NCBI GenBank assembly: GCA_023402355.1 | Contig: JAEXCG010000179.1 | Location: 27,637 to 91,636 of the forward strand | Source: Bacillota bacterium | Lineage (GTDB): Bacteria > Bacillota > Clostridia > Christensenellales > Aristaeellaceae | Length of the DNA stretch: 64,000 nt | Reading direction: 5' to 3' | Shown here: positions 1 to 12,512 of the stretch, piece after piece | How positions within the stretch are numbered: the stretch's first letter is position 1 | Layout of the letters: each line of letters starts with the position of its first letter | Notes under the pieces: model-generated | What the model was told of the DNA's origin: nothing | Database searches by the model: none | What the model saw: the letters and a program-made list of their open reading frames with translations, nothing else | Program-made: the position numbers and the translations under genes

Positions 1-538
1 CCAGCTTGAAGTCGATCAGCTCGATGTTCAGGTCCTTCAAATAATCGGTAAGCACCTCGTTGACCTTCAGCGCCATGGAAGCGATCTCGTCCATCTCTTC
101 CTTCGTCGCCAGCCCCATCGCGGCGATGTGCGTCTCGTTGATCATCGGATCGCCCAGCTCGTCGTTCTTGTAGCAATATTCCAGCACGGTGCTCTTAAGC
201 TTCGTGCCTTCCGGATAGCCGATGCGCTTGGAGAGGCTGCCCGCGGCGATATTGCGCACGATGACCTCGATCGGCACGATCTGCACGCGGCGGACCAGCG
301 TGTCTCGCTCGCTGAGCTGCTCCACCAGATGGCTTTCCACGCCGTGCTCCTTCAGCAGCGTCATCAGGTGATTGCTGACCACGTTGTTGATGACGCCCTT
401 GCCCACGATCGTGCCCTTCTTCAGGCCGTTGAAGGCGGTCGCGTCGTCCTTATAGTGAATAATCGCGAGCGTCGGATCGTCCGTCGCAAAGACCTGCTTG
501 GCCTTGCCCTCGTACATCATTTCGCGCATCTGTGCCAT
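1..538 (-). CDS. purC: SAICAR synthase (phosphoribosylaminoimidazole-succinocarboxamide synthase), N-terminal ~179 codons; the gene runs off the window edge, so it is absent from the ORF track
   Basis: Hand translation of the minus strand from ATG 536-538 gives MAQMREMMYEGKAKQVFATDDPTLAIIHYKDDATAFNG..., a typical PurC N-terminus. GGAGG lies at 548-552, 9 nt upstream. Confidence 0.85.
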   Translation of the reverse strand, partial: MAQMREMMYEGKAKQVFATDDPTLAIIHYKDDATAFNGLKKGTIVGKGVINNVVSNHLMTLLKEHGVESHLVEQLSERDTLVRRVQIVPIEVIVRNIAAGSLSKRIGYPEGTKLKSTVLEYCYKNDELGDPMINETHIAAMGLATKEEMDEIASMALKVNEVLTDYLKDLNIELIDFKL

Positions 539-587
539 GTTTTTCATCCTCCAGCATTCATGCGGTGATTTGTTTGTTCCACGGGTT

Positions 588-616
588 ATTGTATCAGACT
601 TTCCCGGCGCATTCAA
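588..616 (-). promoter_or_regulatory. sigma-A type promoter for purC
   Basis: Read on the minus strand: TTGAAT (611-616), 17-nt spacer, TGaTACAAT extended -10 (hexamer 588-593). It lies ~50 nt upstream of the purC ATG. Confidence 0.5.
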
Positions 617-645
617 GAGAGATATTGAACAATTTTCTCAATATT

Positions 646-1308
646 TTATAGAACGTTCGTCTTTTTACGAGGCGCTCCGTCCTTTCCCTCATAAAAACGC
701 TTCAGGCATTCCGCCAGCGCCTCGGGCGCCTCGACGTTCGCCTCATGGCCCGCGCCCTCGATCCACCCTAGCTGCGCGCCCCTGATTTCCCCGGCAAGTT
801 GCCTTGCCGCCTTGCGATTCGCGCCGTCCTTCGTACCACAGAGCACCAGCGTGGGGCAGGTCACATCCCGCAGGCCCGCGCTCAGGTCGATATGCCGCAT
901 GGAGCGCGTAAGCTCCATGAATTCGCGCTTGCAAAACCCAGTCGATGCAAAGGCCTTCTCCGGCATGAGGCGGAAGATGCCGTCCTGAATCTTCAGAAGG
1001 GTCTTCGGCATCCTAAACTGCGGGGCGATCAGCACGAGCGTGCGAACGCCCTTCGGGTGCTCAACGGCGTATTGCAGCGCGAGCACCGCGCCCAGCGACA
1101 GGCCGCACAGATCGACGGGCTGCGAAAGCGCCCGGCAGTGCGCCGAAAACGCGCGATATAGCTGCGCGTAAGTAACCTCGCCGCCTTGCAGCAGCGCGAC
1201 AAGCTCCGGGCAGTCGACGTCCCCCCGCAGCGTCAGCCGCGAAAGCGTCCGCTCCCAACCGGACGCCGCCTGTCCCAATCCGTGCACAAACACGAACGGC
1301 ATGCGCAT
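646..1308 (-). CDS. alpha/beta-fold hydrolase
   Basis: 220-aa ORF. The N-terminus MPFVFVHGLGQAASGW is an HG oxyanion motif. DLCGLSLGAVLA is a nucleophile-elbow-like GxSxG, and GAGHEANVE lies near the C-terminus. Confidence 0.75.
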   Translation of the reverse strand: MRMPFVFVHGLGQAASGWERTLSRLTLRGDVDCPELVALLQGGEVTYAQLYRAFSAHCRALSQPVDLCGLSLGAVLALQYAVEHPKGVRTLVLIAPQFRMPKTLLKIQDGIFRLMPEKAFASTGFCKREFMELTRSMRHIDLSAGLRDVTCPTLVLCGTKDGANRKAARQLAGEIRGAQLGWIEGAGHEANVEAPEALAECLKRFYEGKDGAPRKKTNVL

Positions 1309-1333
1309 CCCCCCGCTTTCCTGTAAATTCCGA

Positions 1334-1714
1334 TCATTCGTGCAGCTCCAGCGGCAGGCCGTCCGGGTCGTGAAAGAACGTCATGCGTCCGCCCGTGTAA
1401 GCGTCCACGCGAATGGGCTCCGTCTCGATCCCCAGCAGCCGAAGCTGCGCCGCCGTCCGTTCCACGTCTTCCACCCGAAACGCCAGATGCCGAAGACCGC
1501 AGGCCTCCGGGTAGCTCGGGCGCTTCGGCGCGCCCGGCACGCAGAAGAGCTCCAGCTCGCAGTCGCCCAGCGCAAGGTCGAGCTTGACGTCGCCCCGCTC
1601 CGGCCTCGCGTTTTCGCGCACGACGGCGAAGCCCAGAAGATCGACGTAGAAGCGCCTTGATTTTTCATAGTCGCTCGCAATCACGGCGACGTGATGAATG
1701 GCATTCAGGTTCAT
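1334..1714 (-). CDS. VOC (glyoxalase/bleomycin-resistance/dioxygenase) family protein
   Basis: 126 aa. The pattern IHHVAVIASDYEKSRRFYVDLLGF ... HLAFRVEDV ... FFHDPDGLPLELHE is typical of the VOC fold. Confidence 0.8.
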   Translation of the reverse strand: MNLNAIHHVAVIASDYEKSRRFYVDLLGFAVVRENARPERGDVKLDLALGDCELELFCVPGAPKRPSYPEACGLRHLAFRVEDVERTAAQLRLLGIETEPIRVDAYTGGRMTFFHDPDGLPLELHE

Positions 1715-1734
1715 TTCGCCTTCCTCTTTTCTTC

Positions 1735-2136
1735 CTATTCAAAATAAACGGCGGCGACCGTCGCGTACCCGTCGAAAGCGTCCGTGCCGTACAGCAGCGC
1801 AAAGGCGTCCGTCTGACGGTTCAGGCCCCGCTCCTTTACCACGCTTCCGGGGATTTCAAGCATCACTTGCACCCCGATGATTTCTGATGGATCGCGCCCC
1901 TGCAATTCCTGTCGCACCTTGCCATCCGCCACCCGAAACCTCGCCGCTTTCCTTCCGGCGCTCTCCTCCAGATGAACGGTTAAATACCCAGCTTCCGCCT
2001 CCTGCTCGTAGCCGCTCGCCGAGCAGCCCAGCACGATGGACGCGCTGTACCCCTCCGGTCCGCGCAGTGCCAGGGCCAGCGCGGAGAGGGCCAGCAGCGC
2101 GAGCGCCGTTAACAGGATCATTCGCTTTCTGTTCAT
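1735..2136 (-). CDS. small secreted hypothetical protein
   Basis: I placed the start at MNRKRMILLTALALLALSALALA (signal peptide), with AAAGGAG 7 nt upstream. I do not recognise a family. Confidence 0.55.
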   Translation of the reverse strand: MNRKRMILLTALALLALSALALALRGPEGYSASIVLGCSASGYEQEAEAGYLTVHLEESAGRKAARFRVADGKVRQELQGRDPSEIIGVQVMLEIPGSVVKERGLNRQTDAFALLYGTDAFDGYATVAAVYFE

Positions 2137-2256
2137 CGTGAAACTCCTTTCGGCCCCTCTCAATGCGGCCCGTTCAGCCCCATTATACGGTCTTCGCGCG
2201 GCGCTGTAAAGAAAAGCAGCAAAGCGAACCGCGCTTTACTGCTGCTGTATGAGTGT

Positions 2257-3039
2257 TTATGCGCCTGTCCCCTCCGGCGTCATGCGGACCGGAACGCCCC
2301 GCTGCGCGAGGTAGCGCTTAACGTCCGCAATTTTGTATGTGCCGAAGTGAAAGAGCGAGGCCGCGAGCACCGCGTCCGCGTGCCCCTGATCGATCGCGTC
2401 GTAGAAGTGCTCCAGCTTGCCCGCGCCGCCCGAGGCGATGACCGGGATGCGCACCGCGTCTGCAATCGCCCGCGTGACGCGCAGGTCGTAGCCGTTTTTC
2501 GCGCCGTCCCCGTCCATGCTGGTGAGCAGAATCTCGCCCGCGCCCAGCCGCTCGACCTTTGACGCCCACTCCACAGCGTCGAGCCCGGTATTCACGCGCC
2601 CGCCGTTGACGTAGACGTCCCATCCGCTGCCGTCCGCCCGCTGTTTTACGTCCATGGCGACGACCACGCACTGGCTGCCGAAGCGGCTCGCCGCCTCGCT
2701 GACGAACGACGGGTTGCGAACAGCGGGCGAGTTTACGCTCACCTTGTCCGCACCGAGGCGCAGCAAATCGCGAATCTGCTCAAGGCTCGTGATGCCCCCG
2801 CCCACGGTGAAGGGGATGAATACCTGCTCGGCCACGCGCGCGACCACGTCCAGCAGGGTCGCCCTGCCCTCGTGCGAGGCGTTGATGTCCAGCAGCACCA
2901 GCTCGTCCGCGCCCGCCGCGTCGTAGGTGCGCGCGCACGCCACCGGGTCGCCCGCGTCGCGGATGGAGACGAAGTTGACGCCCTTGACGACGCGTCCGTC
3001 CCGAATGTCCAGGCAGGGGATGATCCGCTTGGTCAGCAT
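2257..3039 (-). CDS. hisF: imidazole glycerol phosphate synthase, cyclase subunit
   Basis: 260 aa. [23 protein letters not shown] ... GADKVSVNS ... [10 protein letters not shown] are canonical HisF motifs. Confidence 0.95.
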   Translation of the reverse strand: MLTKRIIPCLDIRDGRVVKGVNFVSIRDAGDPVACARTYDAAGADELVLLDINASHEGRATLLDVVARVAEQVFIPFTVGGGITSLEQIRDLLRLGADKVSVNSPAVRNPSFVSEAASRFGSQCVVVAMDVKQRADGSGWDVYVNGGRVNTGLDAVEWASKVERLGAGEILLTSMDGDGAKNGYDLRVTRAIADAVRIPVIASGGAGKLEHFYDAIDQGHADAVLAASLFHFGTYKIADVKRYLAQRGVPVRMTPEGTGA

Positions 3040-3040
3040 G

Positions 3041-3652
3041 TCAGCATTCCCCCTTCAGCAGGGCAAAGTTTTTGAGCATCTGGAGCCCCGCCGCGCCGGA
3101 TTTTTCCGGGTGAAACTGCGTGCCGTAGACGTTTCCCCGGCGCACGGCGGCCGTAAAGGGCGCGCCGTAATCGCAGGTCGCGATCGTCCACGCGTCCGAC
3201 ACCTCGGCCGCGTAATACGAATGCACAAAGTACACGTAGGGCGATTCAGGGAGGCCCTCGAACAGCGGATTAGGCCGCAGGGTCAGGTTGTTCCATCCCA
3301 TGTGCGGCACCTTGAGCCCGCTCTTTGGAAAGCGCGTCATCGTCGAGGGGATGATGCCCAGCCCCTCAAAGCGCCCGCCCTCCTCGCTGGAGGCGAAGAG
3401 CAGCTGCATGCCCAGGCAGATGCCCAGCAGGGGCTTTCCGGCGTCGGCCGCCTCCAGCACCGCCTTATCGAGTTCCCTCCGTTTGAGCTGCGCCATGGCG
3501 TCGCCGAACGCCCCGACGCCCGGCAGGATGATGCTCTCCGCCGCCGAAAGCGCCGCGCGCTCGTCGGTGATGGCCGCCTCGTATCCCAGAAATTCCAGCG
3601 CCTTTTGCACGCTGCGCAGGTTGCCCATGCCGTAATCGATGATGGCGATCAT
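3041..3652 (-). CDS. hisH: imidazole glycerol phosphate synthase, glutamine amidotransferase subunit
   Basis: [20 protein letters not shown] ... [10 protein letters not shown] ... HSYY. The ORF-track start at 3661 is a GTG that abuts the AAGGAGG. The ATG at 3652 has proper 8-nt spacing. Confidence 0.93.
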   Translation of the reverse strand: MIAIIDYGMGNLRSVQKALEFLGYEAAITDERAALSAAESIILPGVGAFGDAMAQLKRRELDKAVLEAADAGKPLLGICLGMQLLFASSEEGGRFEGLGIIPSTMTRFPKSGLKVPHMGWNNLTLRPNPLFEGLPESPYVYFVHSYYAAEVSDAWTIATCDYGAPFTAAVRRGNVYGTQFHPEKSGAAGLQMLKNFALLKGEC

Positions 3653-3723
3653 GCGCCGCACCTCCTTGGGGCCAGGCCCCGTTTTGCGCCGGGGAAACGG
3701 CGCGCCTTCAACCGCTGCGCCGC

Positions 3724-6936
<3,213 letters not shown>

Positions 6937-6952
6937 ATCGTAAACCCCTCGA

Positions 6953-8014
6953 TTACTTCGTATTTTCGCGGACCATGGTGAGGAAATCGTCGAACAGATA
7001 GCCCGTCTCACGCGGGCCGCCGCACGCCTCGGGATGGAACTGCACGCTGAAAGCGGGCCTGTCCAGGTAGCGCACGCCCTCGACCGTCTGATCGTTCCAG
7101 TTCAGGTGGCTGACCTCCGCCGTCTTCGGCAGGGTCTTTGGGTCCACCATGAAGCAGTGGTTCTGCGACGTCACCGAGCAGGTGCCGCGCCGCAGGTCCT
7201 TCACCGGATGGTTCGTGCCGTGGTGGCCGTACTTCATCTGGATCGTGCCCGCGCCCATCGCCAGCGCCATCAGCTGATGCCCGAGGCAGATGCCGAAGAC
7301 CGGACGCTTTTCCATCAGCGCGCGAATCGTCTCGATGTCCTCGCGGTTGTCCGCGGGGTCTCCGGGCCCGTTGGTCAGCATCACGCCGTCACAGCCGCCC
7401 TCCAGAATCTGCCGGGCGGGCGTCCGCGCGGGGTAGACCTTCAGATGGCAGCCCCTCGCAGTCAGCGACCTGAGAATCCCCCGCTTGAGGCCAAAGTCCA
7501 TCACCGCGATCGTGGGGCCGTCGCCCGGAATCTCGTAGGGTTCCCTGCAGGTCACGCGCGACACCTGGTCGTGCAGCGCCCAGGCCTTCACCTCGTCCAT
7601 GTCCGCCTGCGTCGGTTCCCCGGCCACGATCTTGCCCCGCAGCGTGCCGTACACGCGGATGCGCCGCGTCAGCGCGCGCGTGTCCACGCCGGTCAGGCCC
7701 GTCACGCCCTGCTCGTCCAGGTAGGCCGAAAGGTCCGTTTTCATCTGCCAGTTGCTCGGCAGGTCGCAAAGCTCCGACACCACGAAGCCCTTCATCGCCA
7801 CGCCCGCGGATTCGCTGTCCAGATCGTTGATGCCGACGTTGCCGATCAAGGGATACGTCATGCAGACGATCTGCCCGCAGTAAGAGGGGTCGGTCAGCGT
7901 CTCCTGATAGCCCGTCATGCCGGTCGTGAAGACGACCTCTCCGGTCACTTCGGCCTTGTGCCCAAACAATTCGCCCTCATACCGGGCGCCATCTTCCAGG
8001 ATCAAAGTTGCCAT
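6953..8014 (-). CDS. carA: carbamoyl-phosphate synthase small (glutaminase) subunit
   Basis: 353 aa. TGMTGYQETLTDPSY ... GICLGHQL ... QFHPEA. It lies 16 nt upstream of carB. Confidence 0.95.
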   Translation of the reverse strand: MATLILEDGARYEGELFGHKAEVTGEVVFTTGMTGYQETLTDPSYCGQIVCMTYPLIGNVGINDLDSESAGVAMKGFVVSELCDLPSNWQMKTDLSAYLDEQGVTGLTGVDTRALTRRIRVYGTLRGKIVAGEPTQADMDEVKAWALHDQVSRVTCREPYEIPGDGPTIAVMDFGLKRGILRSLTARGCHLKVYPARTPARQILEGGCDGVMLTNGPGDPADNREDIETIRALMEKRPVFGICLGHQLMALAMGAGTIQMKYGHHGTNHPVKDLRRGTCSVTSQNHCFMVDPKTLPKTAEVSHLNWNDQTVEGVRYLDRPAFSVQFHPEACGGPRETGYLFDDFLTMVRENTK

Positions 8015-8069
8015 GCGCTCACATCCGTATATTTATTGATTATTTGTTGTGTATTTATGCATCCTAAAT

Positions 8070-8099
8070 ATTATACACCGATTCTCCCCGCCGCGTCAA
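8070..8099 (-). promoter_or_regulatory. sigma-A type promoter for carAB
   Basis: Minus strand: TTGACG (8094-8099), 18-nt spacer, TATAAT (8070-8075). An AT-rich ~50-nt leader follows. Confidence 0.5.
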
Positions 8100-8132
8100 G
8101 CGGCGCGAAGGGGCTCTCCTTTGCCGCTAAGG

Positions 8133-8160
8133 CAAAAAGAAAAGGCGGAAATAATCCGCC
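8133..8160 (-). terminator. rho-independent terminator downstream of purA
   Basis: Minus strand: GGCGGA-ttatt-TCCGCC followed by TTTTCTTTTTG. Confidence 0.7.
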
Positions 8161-8260
8161 TCAAAAGGAAAATACAAAGGACGAAACCGAAAACGCGACG
8201 GGCAAACCGACCATCATGCAAAGAAGCTCCATCGCCTTGTACTCCCTTCTCTGGGTTCGT

Positions 8261-9535
8261 TTACCGAATAATGATTTCATCGCGGCGCGGTCCGTTGGAT
8301 ACATACTTGACGGGCGCCGCGATCCGCGCTTCGATGAACTCCACGTAGCGCCGCGCGTTCTCCGGCAGGTCCTCGTACCTGCGGATGCCGCGCGTATCGC
8401 ACATCCAGCCCGGCAGCATTTCGTATACAGGCTTCGCGCGCTCCAGCAGCGGGGTCACCGGGAAATTTTCCGTGCGCACGCCGTCGATCTCGTAGGCCAT
8501 GCAGACCGGAATTTCCGGCAGATAGCCCAGCACGTCCATGTTCGTGAGCGCTACCTGGGTCGCGCCCTGCATCATGCAGCCGTAGCGCGTGGCCACCGCG
8601 TCGAACCAGCCCACGCGGCGGGGACGCCCCGTCGTCGCGCCGAACTCGCCCTTGTCGCCGCCGCGCACGCGCAGCTCCTGCGCCTCGTCGCCGAACAGCT
8701 CCGTCGTAAACGGCCCGCGGCCCACGCACGAGGAATACGCCTTCGTCACCGCGATCACGTCGCTCATCGCCCACAGCGGGACGCCCGCGCCGACGGGGCC
8801 GTATCCCGCGAGCGGGGAGGAGGAGGTGGTCATCGGGTAGATGCCGTGGTCCGGGTCGCGCAGCGTGCCGAGCTGACCCTCCAGCAGGATGCGCTTGCCC
8901 GCCTTGCACGCCTCGTGCAGGTAGAGGTTCGTGTCGCAGACGTAGGGGCGGATGCGCCCCGCCAGCGCCGTCATCTTCCCGATCAGCTCTTCCAGATCGA
9001 CCTGCGGCTTGTGATACAGGTGCTCGAGCAGCGCGTTTTTGATCGAAAGCGCGTGCGCGAGCTTTTCGCGCAGCACGTCCGGGTAATACATCTGGCAAAG
9101 CTGAAGGCCGATCTTCTGGAACTTGTCGCCGTAAAACGGCGCGATGCCGCTCTTCGTGGAGCCGAAGTTCTTCGCGCCCAGGCGCTCTTCCTCGTAGCAG
9201 TCCAGCAGCACATGGTAGGGCATCATCACCTGCGCGCGCTCGGATACGAGCAGCTTCGGCGCAGGCACGCCGGCCTTTACGACGCTGTCCAGCTCGGTGA
9301 GCAGCGCTTCGATATTCAGCGCCACGCCCGGACCGATGATGTTGACGACGTCTGGGTTAAAGACGCCGGAAGGCAGCAGATGCAGCGCAAAGCGGCCATA
9401 ATCGTTGATGATCGTGTGACCCGCGTTTGCCCCGCCCTGGAAGCGGACGACGATGTCGGATTCACCCGCGAGCATGTCCGTAATCTTGCCCTTGCCCTCG
9501 TCGCCCCAGTTCGCGCCGACGATTGTACGAACCAT
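8261..9535 (-). CDS. purA: adenylosuccinate synthetase
   Basis: 424 aa. GANWGDEGKGKITD ... RFQGGANAGHT are the canonical P-loop and GTP motifs. Confidence 0.96.
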   Translation of the reverse strand: MVRTIVGANWGDEGKGKITDMLAGESDIVVRFQGGANAGHTIINDYGRFALHLLPSGVFNPDVVNIIGPGVALNIEALLTELDSVVKAGVPAPKLLVSERAQVMMPYHVLLDCYEEERLGAKNFGSTKSGIAPFYGDKFQKIGLQLCQMYYPDVLREKLAHALSIKNALLEHLYHKPQVDLEELIGKMTALAGRIRPYVCDTNLYLHEACKAGKRILLEGQLGTLRDPDHGIYPMTTSSSPLAGYGPVGAGVPLWAMSDVIAVTKAYSSCVGRGPFTTELFGDEAQELRVRGGDKGEFGATTGRPRRVGWFDAVATRYGCMMQGATQVALTNMDVLGYLPEIPVCMAYEIDGVRTENFPVTPLLERAKPVYEMLPGWMCDTRGIRRYEDLPENARRYVEFIEARIAAPVKYVSNGPRRDEIIIR

Positions 9536-9604
9536 TTTGCAGCCCCTTTCTTAACGCAACGCGCCGCGCATTTTGCGCAGCCTGTGCAGGCACATACCTT
9601 TTAG

Positions 9605-9633
9605 TTTATACCCCATTTGCGCGCGCTTGTCAA
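9605..9633 (-). promoter_or_regulatory. sigma-A type promoter for purA
   Basis: Minus strand: TTGACA (9628-9633), 17-nt spacer, TATAAA (9605-9610). Confidence 0.5.
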
Positions 9634-9707
9634 GGGAGCATCATCGAAACGACGCGAATTGTGCGGGCTCGCGACAAATCGCGTCGAATTTTTTGTCTCA
9701 TCTGCCG

Positions 9708-11330
9708 TCAGGAGATGAACTCGAGGTACTGGCTCATGATGTATCCGCGCTGCCCCTCGTATTCGACGAATTTCCATTCGCCGTTGGTGGCGATCACCAG
9801 CACGCGGCGCCCCTGCGGGACGCGCAGCAGCACGTCGCTCTGGCTCGTGGCGTCCTTGCGCATGGCCAGCTTGTTCTCCTTCGTGCGCGCATAGCCGCCG
9901 ATGTCGCCCGAAAGCTGTGCCCGCGGCACAAAGCCCGTCTGATCCTCCGAGCGCACGCAGCACCAGGAACCCAGCACGCCGAGCACCGTCACGCGGCTGC
10001 CGTCCGCCAGGTTTTGCACCACGTTGGAATCCGACTTGGTCTGCGCGCGCATCGTGACGCCGCCGGGCGCCGTCACCTGCACTTCCGGCGGCGCGGGCGA
10101 AATCGCCTCCGCCGCGAAATCGCCGCTGCGGATCAGCAGGTCCTCCTTCAGCATGAAGCCCTCCTGCCCGCCCGCGCGCACCTTCGCCCAGGCGCTCAGG
10201 GTCAGGTCCAGCAGCTCTATTTCCACGCCCTGATAGTACAGCCCCAGTTCGTCCGCGTCCTTTTTGGCTCCCTTATAGATAGGCTGCAGGCTGGTATGGC
10301 CGCTGCCCGCCTCGTCCGGGGCGACGACCGCGTACAGGCCGTGCATGCCGTCGGTGTTGGGCGCGAGCTTTCCGACCGCCGAGGCCTTCACATAGCCCGT
10401 CAGGCCGGTCAGCGAGTATGGATTGCCATCGTAGACGCGCACGTGCAGCCACTTGCCGTTTCCGCTCTCGCCGAGCACCTCCATGGACTCTTCCTTTTCG
10501 CAGATTAGCAGTTCGTCCGACTTCTCCGCCGCCTGCGCGCGCAGCTCCGTCCGCTTGGCGGAGATGCTCGTGACCGGCGGATAGTACGGAAATGCAGTCC
10601 TTTCCGCGGTTTGAGGGTACAGGTCGCCCTCCTCCATCCAGCCGACCACGTCGCCGATGCGCACGCGCGCCCAGCCGTCGCGCTGATAGGAAAACAGCAT
10701 CACGGCCTGCACGCCGTTGTAGTAGCTCCCGATGACCTTGGACTTTGCGCTCGCATCCGCGCGCAGCTTGGCGGGCTTTTGCGGGTCAGGCGCCGAAACC
10801 AGCGCATACTTGAGGTCTTCTGCCTCCGTCACGTACTTGGACAGCGCGTAGCCGGCGAGCACCGGCTCCTGCTCCGTGCGCACGTAGACCCAGTCGTCCA
10901 TAAAGGCGAGGATGCGAATCGCCGTTCCGTTTTCAAGCGTCGCGACCTCCTTGGCCTTCGTCGAGGGTTCGTCGCGCAATGCCAGCATCTCCTGTGGCAG
11001 GGCGACGTCCACCTCCGCGGGGCTGCCCTCCGCCAGTCCCTTCGTCTTGGCCTCGTCCGGCGTGATGAGGTATTCCGAGAGCACGTAGCCCGTCTGCCCG
11101 CCGAATGTCACCTTGGACCACTCGCCCGCGTTCTCCTCGCGCTCCACCTGCGTGCCGTCGTAGAGCAGCCCCAGGGTTCCCGCCGTCGTCGCGGGGTCCG
11201 TGCGCAGGTTCAGGCGCTTGTTGCCGCCCGCCGCGTTCTTGTTGTCGATGACCGCCGCGTCCGCCAGCGCGAAGACGCTTACCAGGCAGAGCAGCAGCCC
11301 CAGCGCGCATGCACACCAACTTTTCCTCAT
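9708..11330 (-). CDS. secreted protein made of seven SH3b-like repeats
   Basis: Signal peptide MRKSWCACALGLLLCLVSVFALADA. There are seven ~65-75-aa units, each ending in a G(Y/F/W)hxxxxL motif: GYVLSEYL, GYALSKYV, GWMEEGDL, GYVKASAV, GFMLKEDL, GFVPRAQL, GYIMSQYL. Confidence 0.8.
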   Translation of the reverse strand: MRKSWCACALGLLLCLVSVFALADAAVIDNKNAAGGNKRLNLRTDPATTAGTLGLLYDGTQVEREENAGEWSKVTFGGQTGYVLSEYLITPDEAKTKGLAEGSPAEVDVALPQEMLALRDEPSTKAKEVATLENGTAIRILAFMDDWVYVRTEQEPVLAGYALSKYVTEAEDLKYALVSAPDPQKPAKLRADASAKSKVIGSYYNGVQAVMLFSYQRDGWARVRIGDVVGWMEEGDLYPQTAERTAFPYYPPVTSISAKRTELRAQAAEKSDELLICEKEESMEVLGESGNGKWLHVRVYDGNPYSLTGLTGYVKASAVGKLAPNTDGMHGLYAVVAPDEAGSGHTSLQPIYKGAKKDADELGLYYQGVEIELLDLTLSAWAKVRAGGQEGFMLKEDLLIRSGDFAAEAISPAPPEVQVTAPGGVTMRAQTKSDSNVVQNLADGSRVTVLGVLGSWCCVRSEDQTGFVPRAQLSGDIGGYARTKENKLAMRKDATSQSDVLLRVPQGRRVLVIATNGEWKFVEYEGQRGYIMSQYLEFIS

Positions 11331-11523
11331 GATCTTCTCCCCCTTCGTATCTTTTCCGCCTGTTCGTATGGATCAGCGGTGAAACGCCGCGCAGGCCGCA
11401 CGGCTCTGTAAATCGCTCTACTATTTGAACGCTTGAACGCACCGAAATCTTCCATAGAGGATCACAAAAAGCGTGCAATCGGCAAAGGGCCTTTCGCCCG
11501 CTCAGGAAAGCGCCGCAGGCCGG

Positions 11524-12357
11524 TCAGTCTTCCGGCCACTCCCCGTCGAAGACAAACGCGGCGGGCCCCGTCTTGTAGACCGCGTCCTTCTCCCACTCGA
11601 CGAGCAGCTCCCCGCCGTCCAGCTCCACGCTCACCCTGCGTCCGGCAAACCCGCACAGCGAGGCTGCGACCGCCGTAGCGCAGGCGCCCGTTCCGCAGGC
11701 CAGCGTCACGCCGCTTCCCCGCTCCCATACGCGCATGCGGATGCGGTCGCTCCCCTTTACCTGCGCAAACTCCACGTTCGTGCGCCGTGGAAAGGCCTCG
11801 TGATGCTCGATTAAGGGGCCGTAGCGTCTGATGTCGAAGGCCTCCACGTCCTCATCCAGGAAGATGACGGCGTGCGGGTTGCCCATGCTCACGCAGGTCA
11901 CCTCGAACGCGCGGCCGCCAACCTCCAGCGGCCGGCGAATCACCCTCCCCGTCCCCAGCGTCGTGGGAATCTCCTTCCCGTCCAGGATGGGCGCGCCCAT
12001 GTCCACCCGCACGCACGTCACGACGCCGTCCTTCACCGTGAGGTATAGCGTCTTGATGCCCGCAGGCGTCTCCAGGGTAATGCGCTCCCGGCGCGCGAGC
12101 CCGCGCTCGTAGACGTACTTGCCCACGCACCGCGTCGCGTTTCCGCACATTTCGCTCTCCGAGCCGTCCGCGTTGAAGATGCGCATGGAAAAGTCCGCCC
12201 GCCCGGAAGGGCCGATGAGCACCAATCCGTCCGCGCCGACGCCAAAGTGCGGCCTGCTGACCGCGACGGCCAAAGAAGACGGGTCCTTCACGCGCTCGCG
12301 CGCCGTATCCACGTAAATATAGTCGTTTCCAAGGCCCTGCATTTTGGTAAAATGCAT
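11524..12357 (-). CDS. dapF: diaminopimelate epimerase
   Basis: MHFTKMQGLGNDYIYVD ... NADGSESEMCGNATRC ... ACGTGACA, with both catalytic Cys motifs. I placed the start at Met9 of the ORF, which has GAGAGGGG upstream. Confidence 0.93.
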   Translation of the reverse strand: MHFTKMQGLGNDYIYVDTARERVKDPSSLAVAVSRPHFGVGADGLVLIGPSGRADFSMRIFNADGSESEMCGNATRCVGKYVYERGLARRERITLETPAGIKTLYLTVKDGVVTCVRVDMGAPILDGKEIPTTLGTGRVIRRPLEVGGRAFEVTCVSMGNPHAVIFLDEDVEAFDIRRYGPLIEHHEAFPRRTNVEFAQVKGSDRIRMRVWERGSGVTLACGTGACATAVAASLCGFAGRRVSVELDGGELLVEWEKDAVYKTGPAAFVFDGEWPED

Positions 12358-12474
12358 GCTCTCGCCCCTCTCGCATTGCATGTTTCAAGTTTCTACGCGC
12401 CGCCCGAAAATCCTGCTTTTGCACACGATGCATCCGATTTGTCATTCCCGCGAATAGTATAAAGACAATCTTTA

Positions 12475-12483
12475 TGATATAAT
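12475..12483 (+). promoter_or_regulatory. extended -10 promoter element for the DUF1538 operon
   Basis: TGaTATAAT at 12475-12483, ~30 nt upstream of the ORF. I see no clear -35. Confidence 0.4.
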
Positions 12484-12512
12484 GGTTGTAGAAATAGAAC
12501 AGCAAGAGAGGG

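Noticed and set aside
539-645. A possible purine riboswitch upstream of purC. I also looked upstream of purA at 9536-9707.
   Set aside because: The leaders do not show the conserved purine-riboswitch core (no UAUAAU...three-way junction pattern). I found only ordinary promoters.
7034-9604. An 856-aa plus-strand ORF spanning the carA and purA regions.
   Set aside because: It is antisense to two strongly conserved genes. Its translation is R/A/H/G/V-rich with no motifs. This is a typical stop-poor antisense frame of high-GC DNA.
9640-9707. Hairpins after the SH3-repeat gene (CGCGA-caaa-TCGCG followed by ATTTTTT on the plus strand, and an 8-bp stem CGACGCGA/TCGCGTCG on the minus strand).
   Set aside because: The clean T-tract is on the wrong strand for any nearby gene, and the minus-strand version has a 21-nt loop and a poor U-tract. 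It is too ambiguous to call a terminator.
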